NCBI RefSeq assembly: GCF_009834535.1
Contig: NC_045696.1
Location: forward strand, 42,906,001 to 42,970,000
Direction of reading: 5' to 3'
From: Camelus ferus
Taxonomy: Eukaryota
DNA: 64,000 nucleotides
Shown: in pieces, positions 38,257 to 51,589 of the stretch
Layout: the number at the start of each line of letters is the position of its first letter
How positions within the stretch are numbered: position 1 is the first letter of the stretch
The notes under the pieces: model-generated
What the model was told of the DNA's origin: nothing
Databases searched by the model: none
What the model saw: the letters and a program-made list of their open reading frames with translations, nothing else
Program-made: the position numbers and the translations under genes

Positions 38257-41200
38257 TTTATCATTGATCTCTTAATTTCTAATGCACTTTAAAAGCCCTG
38301 CATTTATATTCTTCTTTATGATTACTGTTTTTGATAGCATTTTACATCAAATTACTTTGTGTATTTCTTAACTGCTTATTGTGGATACAGATGATTTTAC
38401 TACTTTTGTCTTTTAACCTCCCTACCAGCTTTGTGTTTGGATGATTTCCTACCTTTACTGTATGTTTACCTTTAATGATGAACTTTTTCTTTTTATAATT
38501 TTCTTGTTTCTAGTTGGGCTCTTTCCTTTTTTGCTTAGAGAAGTTACTTAAATTTTGTTGTAAAGCTGATTTATTGGTACTAATCTCTTTTTGATTTGGT
38601 TGTCTGTAAAGCTTTTTATCTGTCCACCAAATCTAAATGAGAGCCTTGCTGGGTAGTGTATTCTTGGTTATACATTTTTCCCTTCATGATTTTAAATATA
38701 TTGTGCCACTCCCTTCTGGCCTGCAGAGGTTTGACTGAACAATCAGCTGATAGGCTAATGAGTGTTCCCTTGTATGTTTTTGTTGCTTTTCCCTTGCTGA
38801 TTTGAGTACTTTCTCTTTATTTTTAACTTTTATCATTTGAATTAAAATATGTCTTGGTGTGTTTCTTTTTGAGTTAATCCTATATAGGATTCTGTGCTTC
38901 CTGGACGTGGGTTTCCATTCACGTTAGGGAAGTTTTCAGCTATTATGTCCTTAAATATGTTCTCATCCCCTTTATCTGTCTCTTCTCCTTCTTGGACCCC
39001 TGTAATGTGAATATTAGTCTACTTGATATTGTCACAAAGATCTTTTAAACTGTCTTAATTTGTTTTCTTTTCTTTTTTATATTTCTGTTCAGCAACAGTG
39101 ATTTCCACTGCTCTCTGTCTTCCTGCTCACTGATCCATTCCTCTGAATCATCTAGTCTACTGTTAATTTCTTCTAGTATATTTTTCATTGAAGCTATTGT
39201 ACTTTTCATCTCGGTTTTGTTCTTTATATTTTCTCTTTTTATAAAACTTCTGACTTCTCACTCTGTGCATCCATTTTTCTCATGACTTTTTGATCATCTT
39301 TACAATCATTGCCTTGGACTCTTTCTAGGTAGATTGCCTATCTCCACTTCATTTAGTTTTTCTTTTGAGTTTTTATCTTACTCTTTCCTCTGAAACATGT
39401 TCCTTTGCTGCCTCATTTTGCCTAAGTTGCTGTTTGTGTTTTTATGTATCTGGTAGGTTAGTCATGTTTCCTGACCTTGGAGAAGTGACCCTCTGTAGGA
39501 GATGTCCTATGTGTCCCAGCAGTGCATTCCCCTCTTGGCACCCAAGCTATATCTTCTAGGGTTTCCCCCGATGAGGGCTGTGTGTGTTGTTCTGTTGTGG
39601 CAGGCTGAAAATGTGGGCAGTCTTGTAGGCTTGTTTGGCCCCTAGCCTGGTTGTTTGCTAGGTCCTGCCTTGTGCAGAGGCTGCCTGTTGCTGGTTGGCA
39701 GGGCCTTATCATGAGGCGGCCGACTGAAGACCTCCAGGTGGGCCCAGAACTAGTGCTTGCTCACTGATGGGTGTAGTCAGAGTCCTGAAGACTCTGGGGC
39801 TCTGAAACCATGACCTGGGGTTAGTGCCAGACTATTGGCAGGCAGAGCTGGTTCCTGGAGTCTGGCTTCAGGGCCCAGGGATCCCAGAATGGGTGTCTGA
39901 TTGCTGGTGGATGGGGCTGATCCCTGACACAATTCGATAGGTAGTTTTGGGTGTCCTGAAGCTAGTCTTGGCTTGCTAATGGGAGGGACCATGGCCCAAC
40001 TGATCCCAGGGCAGTGTCTGGCCTGCTATATGTACACTGGATATACAGGCTGTGAGACTATGATTTTCTTGCATCTGGCATCTGCCTCCTGGTGGATGAG
40101 GCTGTTTCAGAAGCCAGAGTAGGCTTCCTGGAGGGCAGGGCCAGTGCCTGCCCACTGGTGAGTGGAGCTGTGTCCTGGTCCTCTGGTGGGCAGGGCAGTG
40201 TCTAGAAGCATGTCTAGAGGTGACTATGGGCTCATGTAGTCTTTAAGCAGCCTGCCTGCTGATTGGTGGAGCTGTGTCCTTGCCCAGTTAGTTGTTTGGC
40301 CTGAGGCATCCTAGCACTGGTGCCTATACGCTTTTATGTAGGGCCAGGTCTTGGTGCTAATGAGCTAGATGGAGGAGTTTACAATGGTGCCCACCTGAAC
40401 CAGTGTCCACAGGATAGAGTAAACTCCCAAGAATGATTGTTGTCATTGTCTTTGTCTCCAGGTTGAGCTTCAGCTGCTTCCCACCTCCCTGGGAGACTCC
40501 TCCAAGACCAGCAGGTAGGTCTGGCTCAGGCTTCTATCAGATTACTGCTTTTGCCCTGGATTCCAGAGCATGTGAGACTTTGTGCACACACTTTAAGAGT
40601 GAGGTCTCTTTCCCCCAGTCCTTTGGGACTCTGGTAATTAACCCCTGCTGGCTTTACAGCCAAATGCTCTGGGAGCTCCTCTTCCTGGTGCCAGACTCCC
40701 AGGCTGTGGAGCCTAGCATGAGGCTCATAACTCTTACTCCTGTGGGAGAATTACTGCAATATAATTACTCTCCAGTTTGTGGGTTGCCCACCCCAGGGTA
40801 TGGGACTCCATTGTATTGTGAGTCCACCTTTCCTATTCGTCTGATGCTTGCTTCTTTGTGTCTTTAGTTGCAGATCTCTTCTGGTAGGTTTTGGTCTTTT
40901 TCACCTATAGTTCTGCAAAGAATTGTAATTTTGGGGTGCTCGTGAGAGGAGATGAACTCAGGGTCTACTATCCGGGCCAATCTCTCACATATATTGATTT
41001 TAGATGTTAGAGAAAAGCATGACAAAAAGAGAAAAGTCACATAAAGTGTGCTTGGAAGGCAAAATAATCAATTTTAGACCTACTGAAATTGAGTATCTTA
41101 GAAATCTACTCCAATGTGTGCATCTAGAAATATAATTAGAAGCTAGGTAGTGGGAAGGAGTAATAAAGATTTGAATGTCTTCAACATATATCTTAACATT

Positions 41201-43134
41201 GAATTTGTGAGACTATATTAAATTACTTAATGACATAAATTTACACACATTTACACATTCATTTTCTTCTAAGCTCCAAATAAAATTCTGCACTTTAAAA
41301 TAATACCTCATTCATTTGAACTACTCAAATAAGAATTTGTGATAATTTGAAAGCAGCTATGCCATCTGTGAAAAACAGAAGTTGCCAACAAAATCCATTG
41401 GGTAATCAAATTTGTAGACTGGGAAAAGGAATAGTAAACTGCTCAGGAGAACAAATTGTTTTCAAATATTTAACTGTTAGAGAAAAGCAGTCATTAAAAT
41501 AAAAAAAAGAACCACATATCTTTTTGACCTCTGAAAGTTTGTAATTTACTAAAGAACAACATTTTATATGTAGATATGGCATACTGATGGAAATACCTTG
41601 AATAATTATAAATATTGACTGAATAAAATAATTGACTATATTTTCAAATATTCTTTCAATGTATGTGGTAGTGGTAAAGAGCTAAAATTGTAAAGGCTGT
41701 CAGACATGAGTTGGAGCACTGGCTATGGCACTTTGTAGGGAAAAATAACTATTCCATAGATTTATAATGATAAATAAAATAATGCATATGAATAAAATAA
41801 TAAAAATAGAGTTTATATTCAGTAAATTTAGGATGAAACCAACTCTATTTGATAATGCAAATTAATGGGAAGCTCACTGGTCCCTCCACTCTAGCCTCAC
41901 TCTGTTCACAAAGAGGAGGTAGCTAGCTATGTATTGATTATGTTGGCTGTGTAAAATAGAATATTTGTTTAATAGTATCATTCACTGAAGCTACCAGTAG
42001 TCTAAAAGAAGATAAAGTTTGTGCCTACATGTGACTAAATTTTGTTATGCTTGGCTTTTTTAATGAGCAACTGGAAAACAAAGTCAAGTTTAGAGGTATT
42101 TCTGCTTTGGTATCTGTCTCTCCATAAGGATACCTGTGGTAGAAGTCTAGGACAGCTCTCTTCTAGATACTGGGGGAAAATACATATCTTTCTTTAGCTA
42201 TGTTGTTCTTGAGCTGGCTTGTATGTTCTTGATGGCTCGTATGTTCTTCTGGCCTGATCTTTTATGCCACTGGAGTTGCAACTGTTTAGTTGAATATTAC
42301 TGTGGCCTTAAGGAAGGAAAGTTTGAAAGTGGCTGCTCTTCCACTATCACTTTGAGGCTTTAGAACTGACTCAGGTTTGAGTAAAAGCAGCCACCTTCAC
42401 TGTTCAGTCAAGATACATAAAAGACTATATTAGCATCTGTGGCCAAATTTCATAGTATAACAGAATTAAAAGGGTAGAACGGAGAGGTTACCATGATTTC
42501 ACTGAACTAGGCATTTGAGATTTTTTCAATCCCCTCCTATCTCTATTATATATTTATATATTTATTGGTTCCCTTTATAGTGTAGTATTTTGTTACACTA
42601 GTTTTTATATTCACATACAAAACCAAATATACTATCTATAGTAGGTATTCATAATTTATCTAATATTGTGTGTTCCATAAACATTAAGTATCTTCTCTTT
42701 TTAAGTCAATATGCCTAGAATTTCGAAGTATGTCAAAAGGAAATAGATATGCATTGTTCTTAAGACACTTTCAGTATAAGGTGGGAGAAAAATCAAATAA
42801 TACAATAAGATGAGGTAAATATTTTAAAATTTGGGAATGGTGTTGACATGAACATAAAAATAGTTACCAAAGCTCCTTGAAATAGGAGATGAAGAATTCA
42901 GTTATACACCCAAAGTTTGAGTTTAAGGCAATAGAAGTAGGTAGAAACATTTCATAATTAGTTGGACATACAAGGCTGAAGCCATGAGAAAGGTCAGTGC
43001 TACAGTGAAGCAAGCTAAGGAGTATATAACACCAAAATAAACAAATCCATGAAAGTAAGAATGTAAAGGAATCCTTTTTGTGGATAGGAGTGTCACATAA
43101 TTTTCCAATAAGTTCTCAGGTTGTTCTTTGCCTT

Positions 43135-44690
43135 AAAAAATATTGAGCACCTACTGTAACTCTGGGATTTGGCAGTGAACAAAATACAGTTGACCCTTGA
43201 ACAGCTCAGACATTAGGGGCACTGACCCTTTGTGCGATTGAAAGTCTGAGTATAACTTAACACCTTGGTGTCTGTGGTTCCACCTTCATGCATTCAACCA
43301 ACCCTGGATTGTGTAGTATATATGTTTATTGAAAAAATGCTCACATAAGTGGACATGCAGTTCAAATCTGTATTGTTCAAAAGTCAACTGTAGTTTAAAA
43401 TCTCTGTCCACATGGAGCTTACAGTCTAACAAAGGAACAAAAAAAAAAAGAAAATTTTAAAAATATATGCAATATTTTATATGGGGGTAAGAGCTTTGAA
43501 GAAAAATAAAGCAATATAAAAGGGCAGGGAGTACTGGAATTGGGAGGGAGGATTTCTAGTTAACATAGAAGGTTGTTGAAAAAAGTGAAAAGCTTGAAGA
43601 ATTTAGGGTAGGTATGTGGGTACCTGGGGAAGAACATTTCTGGTAGAGGAAATAAGCATGTAAAGTCTCTGAAAAGGATACATGTTTGGAATATTCCTGC
43701 TTATAAAAGTACCAATGAGGCTAATGTAACTGAAATGCCATGAGTAAGATGGAAAGGAGTGGATGCCTACAGAAGTTAATTTGGAAGTGAGAGGGCTACA
43801 TTGGATAGAGATAAATTGTGAGAAGGTTGACGTTTTCTGAGTGATTGAGTGAGATGTCATTTTGAGCAGAAAAGTGATTGGCATGATCTAAATTTTATTC
43901 TTCGTGTGTGTAAAACAGAATACAGGGAGTCAAAAGACAAGAGCAGGGCATTAAGTTAAAAGCTGATGGCAATAACTCAGACAAAGGATGAGGATGGCCT
44001 GGCCCTGCATGTTAATGTATAAGTGATTAAAATAATGGTTTCAAATTATGTTTTGAAGGTTAAACAAATTGAATTCACTGATGTGTTGAGTATGTGGTTT
44101 GAGAATCAAGTTTTTTGCTCCAGGCAACTGGAATAAGTGGAATTGACATTTACAGAGATAGGAAAGAAAATGCATTTTGGGGAATATCTGGAGTATTGTT
44201 TGAGAATTTTAAATTTGAGATGCTTACTTTATATTCAAGCAGAGTTGCCAAAAAGTCAGTTTAATATTTAATTCTGGATCAAAAGTTAGGTCTGGACATA
44301 TATATGTGGGGATGGAAGGTATTTAAAGCCTTGAAGCTCAATGAGTATAAATAGTGGGAGTAGGGAGTAAACAAAATATTCACAGGCTGGATGAGAGACC
44401 CCAAGTCTCTCCAAGATTTCAGAATTTGAATTTAAAATATGAAAATTAAAAAGTCAACCAGTTAGCAAAGAAAAGTACCAGGAGAAAGAAGTGGCTTAGA
44501 ATCTAAGTTACTTTGTTTTAAATGGAGGAATAATTGATCTGTCATGTCAAATGATGCTTATAGTTTAAATTAAGATGAGGACTGAGAATTAACCATGGGA
44601 TTTAGTTATAATCATAGGAAAGTCATTGATGATTGACCATCAAGTGAGCATGGACAATTAGTATGAGTCTAGCCAAGAAAGAATGGAAGG
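43135..44690 (-). mobile_element. L2 (long fragment, interrupted by a Tigger MITE; further piece at ~45580-45745)
   Basis: Starts 'tattgagcacctactgt...ggcagtgaacaaaata' and resumes 'ctctgtccacatggagcttacagtcta'. Also 'ctggggaagaacatttctggtagaggaaataagcatgtaaag' and 'taagatgaggactgagaattaaccatgggatttag'. Confidence 0.85.
43187..43390. mobile_element. Tigger2-derived MITE (MER8/Tigger2a-like)
   Basis: TIRs cagttgacccttgaaca / tgttcaaaagtcaactg and TA target duplication at 43185-43186 and 43391-43392. Confidence 0.9.
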
Positions 44691-44692
44691 AG

Positions 44693-45165
44693 TGTCATAC
44701 AAGGGGTAAGGTAGCCCAGAATGGTATTATGTGCTTCTTGAATGTTGCCTGCACAGTTTGTGCACTTTTGCTGCATTAAAAGAATGATAGTTTTCTTCTA
44801 ACAGCAGGGATTCTTATCATCCTATGAACCCCAACTAGAAATCCACAAAAAAACTGAAATTCAAATCCATTGCTAACAGAATTGTCTACTTGTTTCTTCA
44901 CTTACAAGACTTCTTTCTTAAGGTTGCCTGTCAAAAGTTAAAATAGCAAATGACAGTGTCCATCCGGTAAAACACAGATTCACCCTCTACGACATGGAGA
45001 CTAATCCAGGTCCCAGAATGATTTTATGGAATGAATGGGCTATGATGAAGAGTTGCCTTCCCTTCTCTAGCTGAACTTAGTCTTGTAAATTATTCCTTTC
45101 CTCAATAAAACCTATTTCTTAACCCATGCTATATGATGGGGAACCTGTCTTACTCTCTGTAGTAT
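44693..45165 (+). mobile_element. Possible solo LTR of unidentified family inserted in L2
   Basis: Interrupts the L2, starts with TG, and has AATAAA at ~45104 near its 3' end. No family recognised. Confidence 0.35.
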
Positions 45166-45172
45166 GAAAATA

Positions 45173-45566
45173 TATGGTAGATTCTTTGAAAAACATTGCA
45201 GTGTTCTCCCTGTATCCGTACTTCTTTGAAGTGTGATTTTGCAGGTCTTTCCATAAAGAACTGGAATTTTTTTCCCCACCTCTCGAATCTTGGCTTGCTT
45301 TGACCAGTAGAAAGCTGCAAAAGTGACACTGTGCCAGTTCTCAGAATAGACCTCAAGAGGCCTGTCACACGTTGTTTATTATTCAAGTATCTGGTGTAGA
45401 TGAGGACGTTATGGACAAGACAGCAGAGCTATCAGCTTACTGGAGAAGCATGAATGAGCTCAAGCAAGAGCAGTGGAAATGCCCTGCTGACTTGCAGACT
45501 TAGAAAAACAAATGTTTTATGTCACTAAATTGTGTTGTGTTTTGGTATGCAGCAATAGCTAATAAC
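45173..45566 (+). mobile_element. MaLR solo LTR (MLT1G/H-like)
   Basis: 'cttgctttgaccagtagaaagctgcaaaagtgacactgtgccagttc...cctcaagaggcct', ending 'tatgcagcaatagctaataac'. Confidence 0.8.
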
Positions 45567-45819
45567 CCTTACAGAGAGCACATAGGAAATGCCTTTCAGC
45601 TTTTCATAAAGGGGCAGAGAGAAATGGAATAGCAATTAAAGAAAGATATGAGGCCAAGAGAAGAGTCTTTTTAAAATTTGGAATAAATTAAAATTTACTT
45701 TGTATGCTACTGGAAATGAAAGACTAGAAAAGGGGAAAACAATACATTTAGAATATATAACCATTAGAATTTAATTTCCATAGAGAAAAATATTTTAGTT
45801 TTTTTTTCAGACACTGTCA

Positions 45820-45890
45820 GATCTCCAGTTTCTCAAATAGTGTCTGGTGTATAGAGTATGTTAAATATTGGTTGAATAATCAATGAATAC
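45820..45890 (+). mobile_element. L2 3' terminus
   Basis: 'atctccagtttctcaaatagtgtctggtgtatagagtatgttaaatattggttgaataatcaatgaat'. Confidence 0.6.
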
Positions 45891-46037
45891 AAGACATAGA
45901 AATACATAGACACCTCTGTATGAATGATGTAATAATAAATTAATCCAATTTAAATCAAATCAGATCAAAAAAATCAAATGCTAAACACCTAAGTTTCTCC
46001 ACGAAAATCTCCTCAGAACTACATTCAGTTTTATTTC

Positions 46038-46270
46038 TATTCATTTATTTGTTCAAAAAATATATATTTGTTAAGTGAATTCTATGTGCCAGACACTGGG
46101 TTAAGTGCAAGGTGTACAGCAGTGATTCAAGGAAGCAAGGCCCATTCTTTCATGAGCTTGCTGTCTGAAAGTCAGAGAGAGAAAAAGGAGGAGGAAACCA
46201 GAAATACTTAATTAGTTACAATTGAGAGAAACAACCGAAAAGTCATAACAATATTTAAAAGGGGGACTGT
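46038..46270 (-). mobile_element. L2 3' end
   Basis: 'ttcatttatttgttcaa...tctatgtgccagacactgggttaagtgcaaggtgtacagcagtga...ctttcatgagcttgctgtct'. Confidence 0.75.
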
Positions 46271-46535
46271 AGAAGGCATTGTTATTCTTGAGTTATGTCA
46301 ACTAGATACTTAGAAAAATCTTTCATTTTATCTTCTCTCATCTCTTATGCTCAATCAGTGATAAATCAATCTGTTTTGATTCTAAACTTTCATGTCTCTT
46401 TCATGTCCATTTTCACTGATTTGTATCAAGGACCAGGCTTGAACATCTATTTCTTGAACTGTTTCAAAAGCTTTCCAATAATCTTTCTTCACTTACATTT
46501 CTCTTATGTATACCAAGTCTCTCCTGTGCTTAAAA

Positions 46536-46556
46536 ACACACACACACACACACACA
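46536..46556. repeat. (CA)n microsatellite
   Basis: About 10 CA units are seen directly. Confidence 0.9.
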
Positions 46557-46929
46557 AAATAGAGTTTCTGTGTATGGTCCTTTTATACCTAACCCCAAAC
46601 TAACTTCCCACAGTTTTCTTTAAATGCATCCCTTTACCTGTAGCTTAAGTTGATTCAGAAATTTTTATTCCAATAAAGTCCTTCAAACTCAAGCTTAAAT
46701 TGATTTAGAATACACATTGGTTGGTAGATAATACATAATTTACATGATCTATGCCTTTGCTAAGGGTGATTCCTTTTCTTTAAAACTGCTTATCTTTCTT
46801 CAACTACTGAAATTGTCTGCATTTTTAATAGACTAATATAATTCCTCCATCTCCCATGCTGCCTGAATTAGCATTATTTATAATTGCTAAGTGTTTTTTC
46901 TGAGCTTGTTCTTCTCATGTTCCAGTGAT

Positions 46930-47297
46930 TTTATTTATTGACTGATTTATTGAAGTACAGTTGATTTACAGTATTATATTAGTTTTAGCTCTACAGCATA
47001 ATGATTCTGTATTTCTATGGATTATACACCATTAAACATGATTACAAGTTAATGGCTATAATCCCCTGCACTATACAACGTATCCTTGTCGCTTATCTAT
47101 TTTATACATAGTTGGTTGTATCCCTTAATCCCATACCTCTAATTTGCCCCTCCTCCCTCCTCTTTGGTAACCACTAGTGTGTATCCTGTATCTGAAGCTG
47201 TTTCTGTTTTGCATATACACTCATTTGTATTATTTTTTAGATTCCACATATAAGTGATATCATAGAAGTATTTGCCTTTCTCTGATTTATTTCACTA
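46930..47297 (-). mobile_element. L1 3' end (same type as the 24271 element)
   Basis: 'tttattgaagtacagttgatttacagtattatattagttt...ttttttagattccacatataagtgatatcata' is closely similar to 24285-24640. Confidence 0.9.
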
Positions 47298-48144
47298 TCT
47301 TAAGTTCTTGATTATAAAACATGTCATGTTTTACTTTCCATTCTAAGATTTGCAAATGCATTTCAACCCACTGCATTTTATATTCATTGGGAAAAAAAAC
47401 TACACCTCAGTCATATTTGAAAATGCCTATCTTGGTCCACTATACTTATTAGATGTTCCATATCTAGCTCCAATTTACTGATTTTAAGTGCCACATCAAT
47501 TAGCTTCTTACCTAGTACTATTCTTCTAACCCAGAAGTTTGTAAGTATTTATAATTGATAACAGATCATCATTTAAAAGTATTAAGTAGTTCCAATTTTC
47601 ATCGTATTAATAAGGGCAAGGAACCAAGCAATAGTCTTCAGAAGATAACCTCCTGAAGTGTAGAGAAGAGGTGGTTATATGATGATGTAGAGGGACTGAG
47701 GTGTGGTGTGGCAAATGGAGAATACCAGTACTATTTCAAAGTGTCAGCAATTACAGCAGTATTTCCACATCTTTCCCCACTGTTGACAAAATATAACTGA
47801 TCTCATTTAAGCATATAGTCACTTCCACGAATACTATTTTTCCATGCTTTTGAAATTTTCAGCAGTAATGATATCTTGTAGGAAAGAAGACCTACATTTC
47901 ATAGTAACACATAATAGGGGGAAAATGAGGAATCTAAGCCATTTTCTTCTGCAGAAGATGAGTGCAAAGAAACAGTAATGCTAAAGAAGAAAGATACTTT
48001 AAATTAGGCAATGCTACTCACTCTTTTGTAGGTATAGTTGTAGTTTAGTCTCTGATATCAGTTGACTTAATATGCAGAGATTATCATTTTGTCTGATTAA
48101 TACTACTTTCATGTCAGAAGCTGTTTCTGTACCTGCAATAGTTA

Positions 48145-48669
48145 TTATGCAATACAGGATTATCAACTATAGTTACCGTGTTTTACCTTAGATCCCCAGA
48201 TCTTATAGTTGAAAGTCTGTACACTTTTACCAACATCTGTTTCTCTCACCCCCAACACCTGTGGCCACACTTCTACTCTGTATTTCTGTGAGTTTGCCTT
48301 ACTTTTATATTCCGTATATAAGTGATCCCATGCAGTCTTCATCCTCCTCTGCCTGGCTTATTTCACTTAGCCTGATGATCTCAAGGTTCATCTATGTTTT
48401 TGCAAATGGCAAGATTTCCTTTTTTCTTATGGCTGAATAATATTCCATTGTTTATACATATGACATCTTCTTTTATCCATTCATCTATTGATGGACACTT
48501 AGATTGTTTACATATCTTGGCTATGTGAATGATGTTGAAATGGACATAGGAATGCATGTATCACTTTGGTGTTCCTTTTATATTTTTACTGAATATATAC
48601 CCAGAGGTGGAATTTCTAGATTATATCATAGTTCTCTGTTTAATCTTTTGAGAAACTTCCCTACTGTTT
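48145..48669 (-). mobile_element. L1MA-type 3' fragment
   Basis: 'ttatcaactatagttaccgtg...tagatccccaga...ggcttatttcacttagc...atggctgaataatattccattg...ttgatggacacttagattgttt'. Confidence 0.88.
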
Positions 48670-51589
48670 ATGATTCATTGTTAATTTCAGTTGAAACTGG
48701 TATGAAACTATAGCCTTAGACACTTATCCTTCACATAACTCCTTTTTAAGAAAGACTGCTGCAGATAGTGCCCTTTGTCTAATGCATTCACAAAATCTCC
48801 TATTTCCATTGCAGTGGTGGTTCATAACATCATATATCTCTGAATTATCTTTTCAAGTGATGCTGGTGCCCTAACAATTTTCTGATTTTTAGATTGTGGA
48901 ATAAACCAATGTTAAGGACGCATGATTTAGTGTCTGTCTGCTCATGCTCATGCATTCTTATGTGTTCTGAACTTTACTCTTGATAATTCACTGATTTCCA
49001 AGACTATAAAGCAGGGCACCAACTGAATTTCCTTTTTCATATTTGAGGGCGGCAGATAGAGAATTACGTCAGTAGCAGGAGCACATATATAGAAGTGCTT
49101 TCTTAGCTATGTTTATCTTCTTAGAAAAAAGCCTTACATAGTGCTCTGAGGAGAATTACAATTTTCTGCTGTGAAATACTCAACCCTTCGAGAATGAATA
49201 CTTTTTAACTCTTAAGAAATATTCCTGAAAGTCTGAATGACCTACTTGCAAAGGTTATTGCTCTCACTGGTAACTCCAATTCAGATAGATTAAGATCTAA
49301 GAAAGATGCTACAGGCAGAGATAATTGGATGAAGGGGAGAGTAGTAGTGCTGGGTGATAGAAGAACTGAGAAACAATCAAGCTTCTAAACATTTCTTAAG
49401 GCAATAGGAAAAATTCTTCTGTTATGGAATCAAATAGTTCTGATAATCTCACTACCAAAGAAATAGCTACTTGATTTACTGATAATATAGAGAAAATGCT
49501 GAGTTTGAGGGAAAAATCACTACCCTGGTAGGCAACCAGTTTTATAAGTTACATAGAGTATCTTCACTGAAAGTAACAATGCAGGCAATTTGAAAATATG
49601 CCAATATACAAATCTATTTAATAGTGAGCTGTGTTAGAACTGTTAGAATTTTTGCCTAGTCCTGTAGTGGTGACAAATTAGAACATTTAAACATTCACCA
49701 TTAAAGTGCTTTTATGACATATGTGAGTTGGGAGAAATTCAGGTGAACACAGTCAGAAATGAAAACAATGCAATGATATGACTTTTATTGACTAGAGTTC
49801 TGAAAATCAGTTTACAAAATGCATCTTTTCTGTTTCTAAGGTCACTTTGATTGCATAAATAAATACATCTTTTTTTGTGTCATTTATCAGCAAGTGATAA
49901 ACATGCATGTTGATTATTAAGGCCAACTAACTTAAGCTTCTTGATATATGAGGTGAAAAACAATGTCAATTTATGAGTATTTTGAAAATTCATAATTGAT
50001 GCACATATGAACTTAACCAAAATCATAGAGGAGAAATTGTCTAAATGTCTAATTTGTAAATGAAGCAACGTACAATGCTTGGTGAGACGGAATGGTGTGC
50101 ACTTGGCAATTCAGGATAGGTTGATTGGCACTAAAAATTATTGCAAGTACATAATGAGAATAAACTTTCTTGATGAAATAAGTAGATGAAATATAGTGTC
50201 TAACAAGACAATAGAACGTGTAACTGGATGTTGTACTGTGTTTCCTGCTGTAGATTAGGTGAACATGCACAGTAGTGTTACTATCACACACTTCAAAATT
50301 GGATTTCACCTACAAATTCTTAAATGGGTTACTGGTGGAATAAAAATAAAAAGAGAAGCGTTAGTTTAAAACAGCTTTATAAAAGGAGTAGAGGAAAATA
50401 CTGTGATTATTAGCAAGTCGTTCCACCGTGTAAAGAATTTAACAATGGAATCCAAATTGGTCTCTATATTGCAATAGTCAAGTATGGCTTGAGAAGATAT
50501 TTAAGCACTTAGAACTGACATAAGAACTCCATTTTAACAACTGACTAGGAGGGAAATTGGAAAAGTTATTATGTATATACTCTTATGTGTTATAAATATA
50601 TACGAAAGTGCATTGGACAGAGTAAGGACATAAATAAAGGTATTTTTTTCTGCTTAAAAATATTGTATCAATTTCAGATTACTAGATTATTATGAGATTG
50701 AGCTATGAAAGTATGCAATATAGAAAATATGTAGATAATTGACTTTACTTCTTTACACTTTCTAGAGAGTCCCATATCATTTGAAACATTGCATCAAACT
50801 ACTCGAGAGGAAGTCTTAATTAAGATTTAAATTGCTGGTCCTAAAGAAAATACCAAGAGTGTATTTGGTTAAATATTATGTCTGAAGCATTTCTATCAGG
50901 GGTTTGAAGATCAGTTTTTTAAGGTGTGTACATAGTATCAACTAAAAGAATGTGAGATTAAACTAAAATCCGAATATCTGTCATTAATTATTTTCAAATG
51001 CTCAGTTAATCTGTTAACTGTAAGGTTGTGGAGATTCCATCTCTAGACATCATAAGGAAAACTAGAAATAAATATACTGTATAGAAGAGCAAACATCTCT
51101 ACCTATGTTTCTAAAATTTAGTTCTGGGTAAGGCATATGAACACAATTTTGTGTAAACACCAAATGATAAAATACCTTTCATTAAAATTTTATTATATTT
51201 TTTCAAGAAACTGTTTAGAACTTTTAATGTGCTGTTAAATATGTTTGCACAGAGTCCTCCAGAGAGCACAGGATTACATTGGCAGTTTTAGGAATATTAA
51301 GATATGACACTACTGGCACCAAGATTTGCAGTCTTAAAATGACACTGAGAAAAGTGGACTGACAGACAGTGAGGAGTGACAGTCTTCATTGAAAGCGGCA
51401 AGCAAGAAAGTAGAAAAAAATAAAGTTGTAGATGTCATAGGCTAACAAAGAGGAGACATCATTTTTTAGTATTTTCTATATTAGAATTATATCAGGGTGG
51501 AAGATGTTAAATGAAGATTCTAAGTCTCATTCCCCGAGATTGAGTGAGATCTCACACATGTTTTGTAATAAAATACTAATGAGGCATAT

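Larger units (their letters stand above)
33890..40985 (-). mobile_element. Near-full-length decayed LINE-1 (~7.1 kb): 5' UTR ~40985-39370, ORF1 ~39360-38560, spacer, ORF2 ~37990-34400, 3' UTR and A-rich tail
   Basis: Continuous antisense L1 architecture. ORF-track peptides MLLNNQWITGEIKEEMKKYLETN, TIPFTITSKRIKYLGINLPKEAKDLYSKN and [21 protein letters not shown]. The 5' UTR is GC-richer and the tail is (TTAT)n at the left end. Many stops and frameshifts, so it is non-functional. Confidence 0.95.

Noticed and set aside
39370..40985. CpG island / host gene promoter
   Set aside because: It is GC-richer but CpG-poor and sits at the 5' UTR position of the L1.
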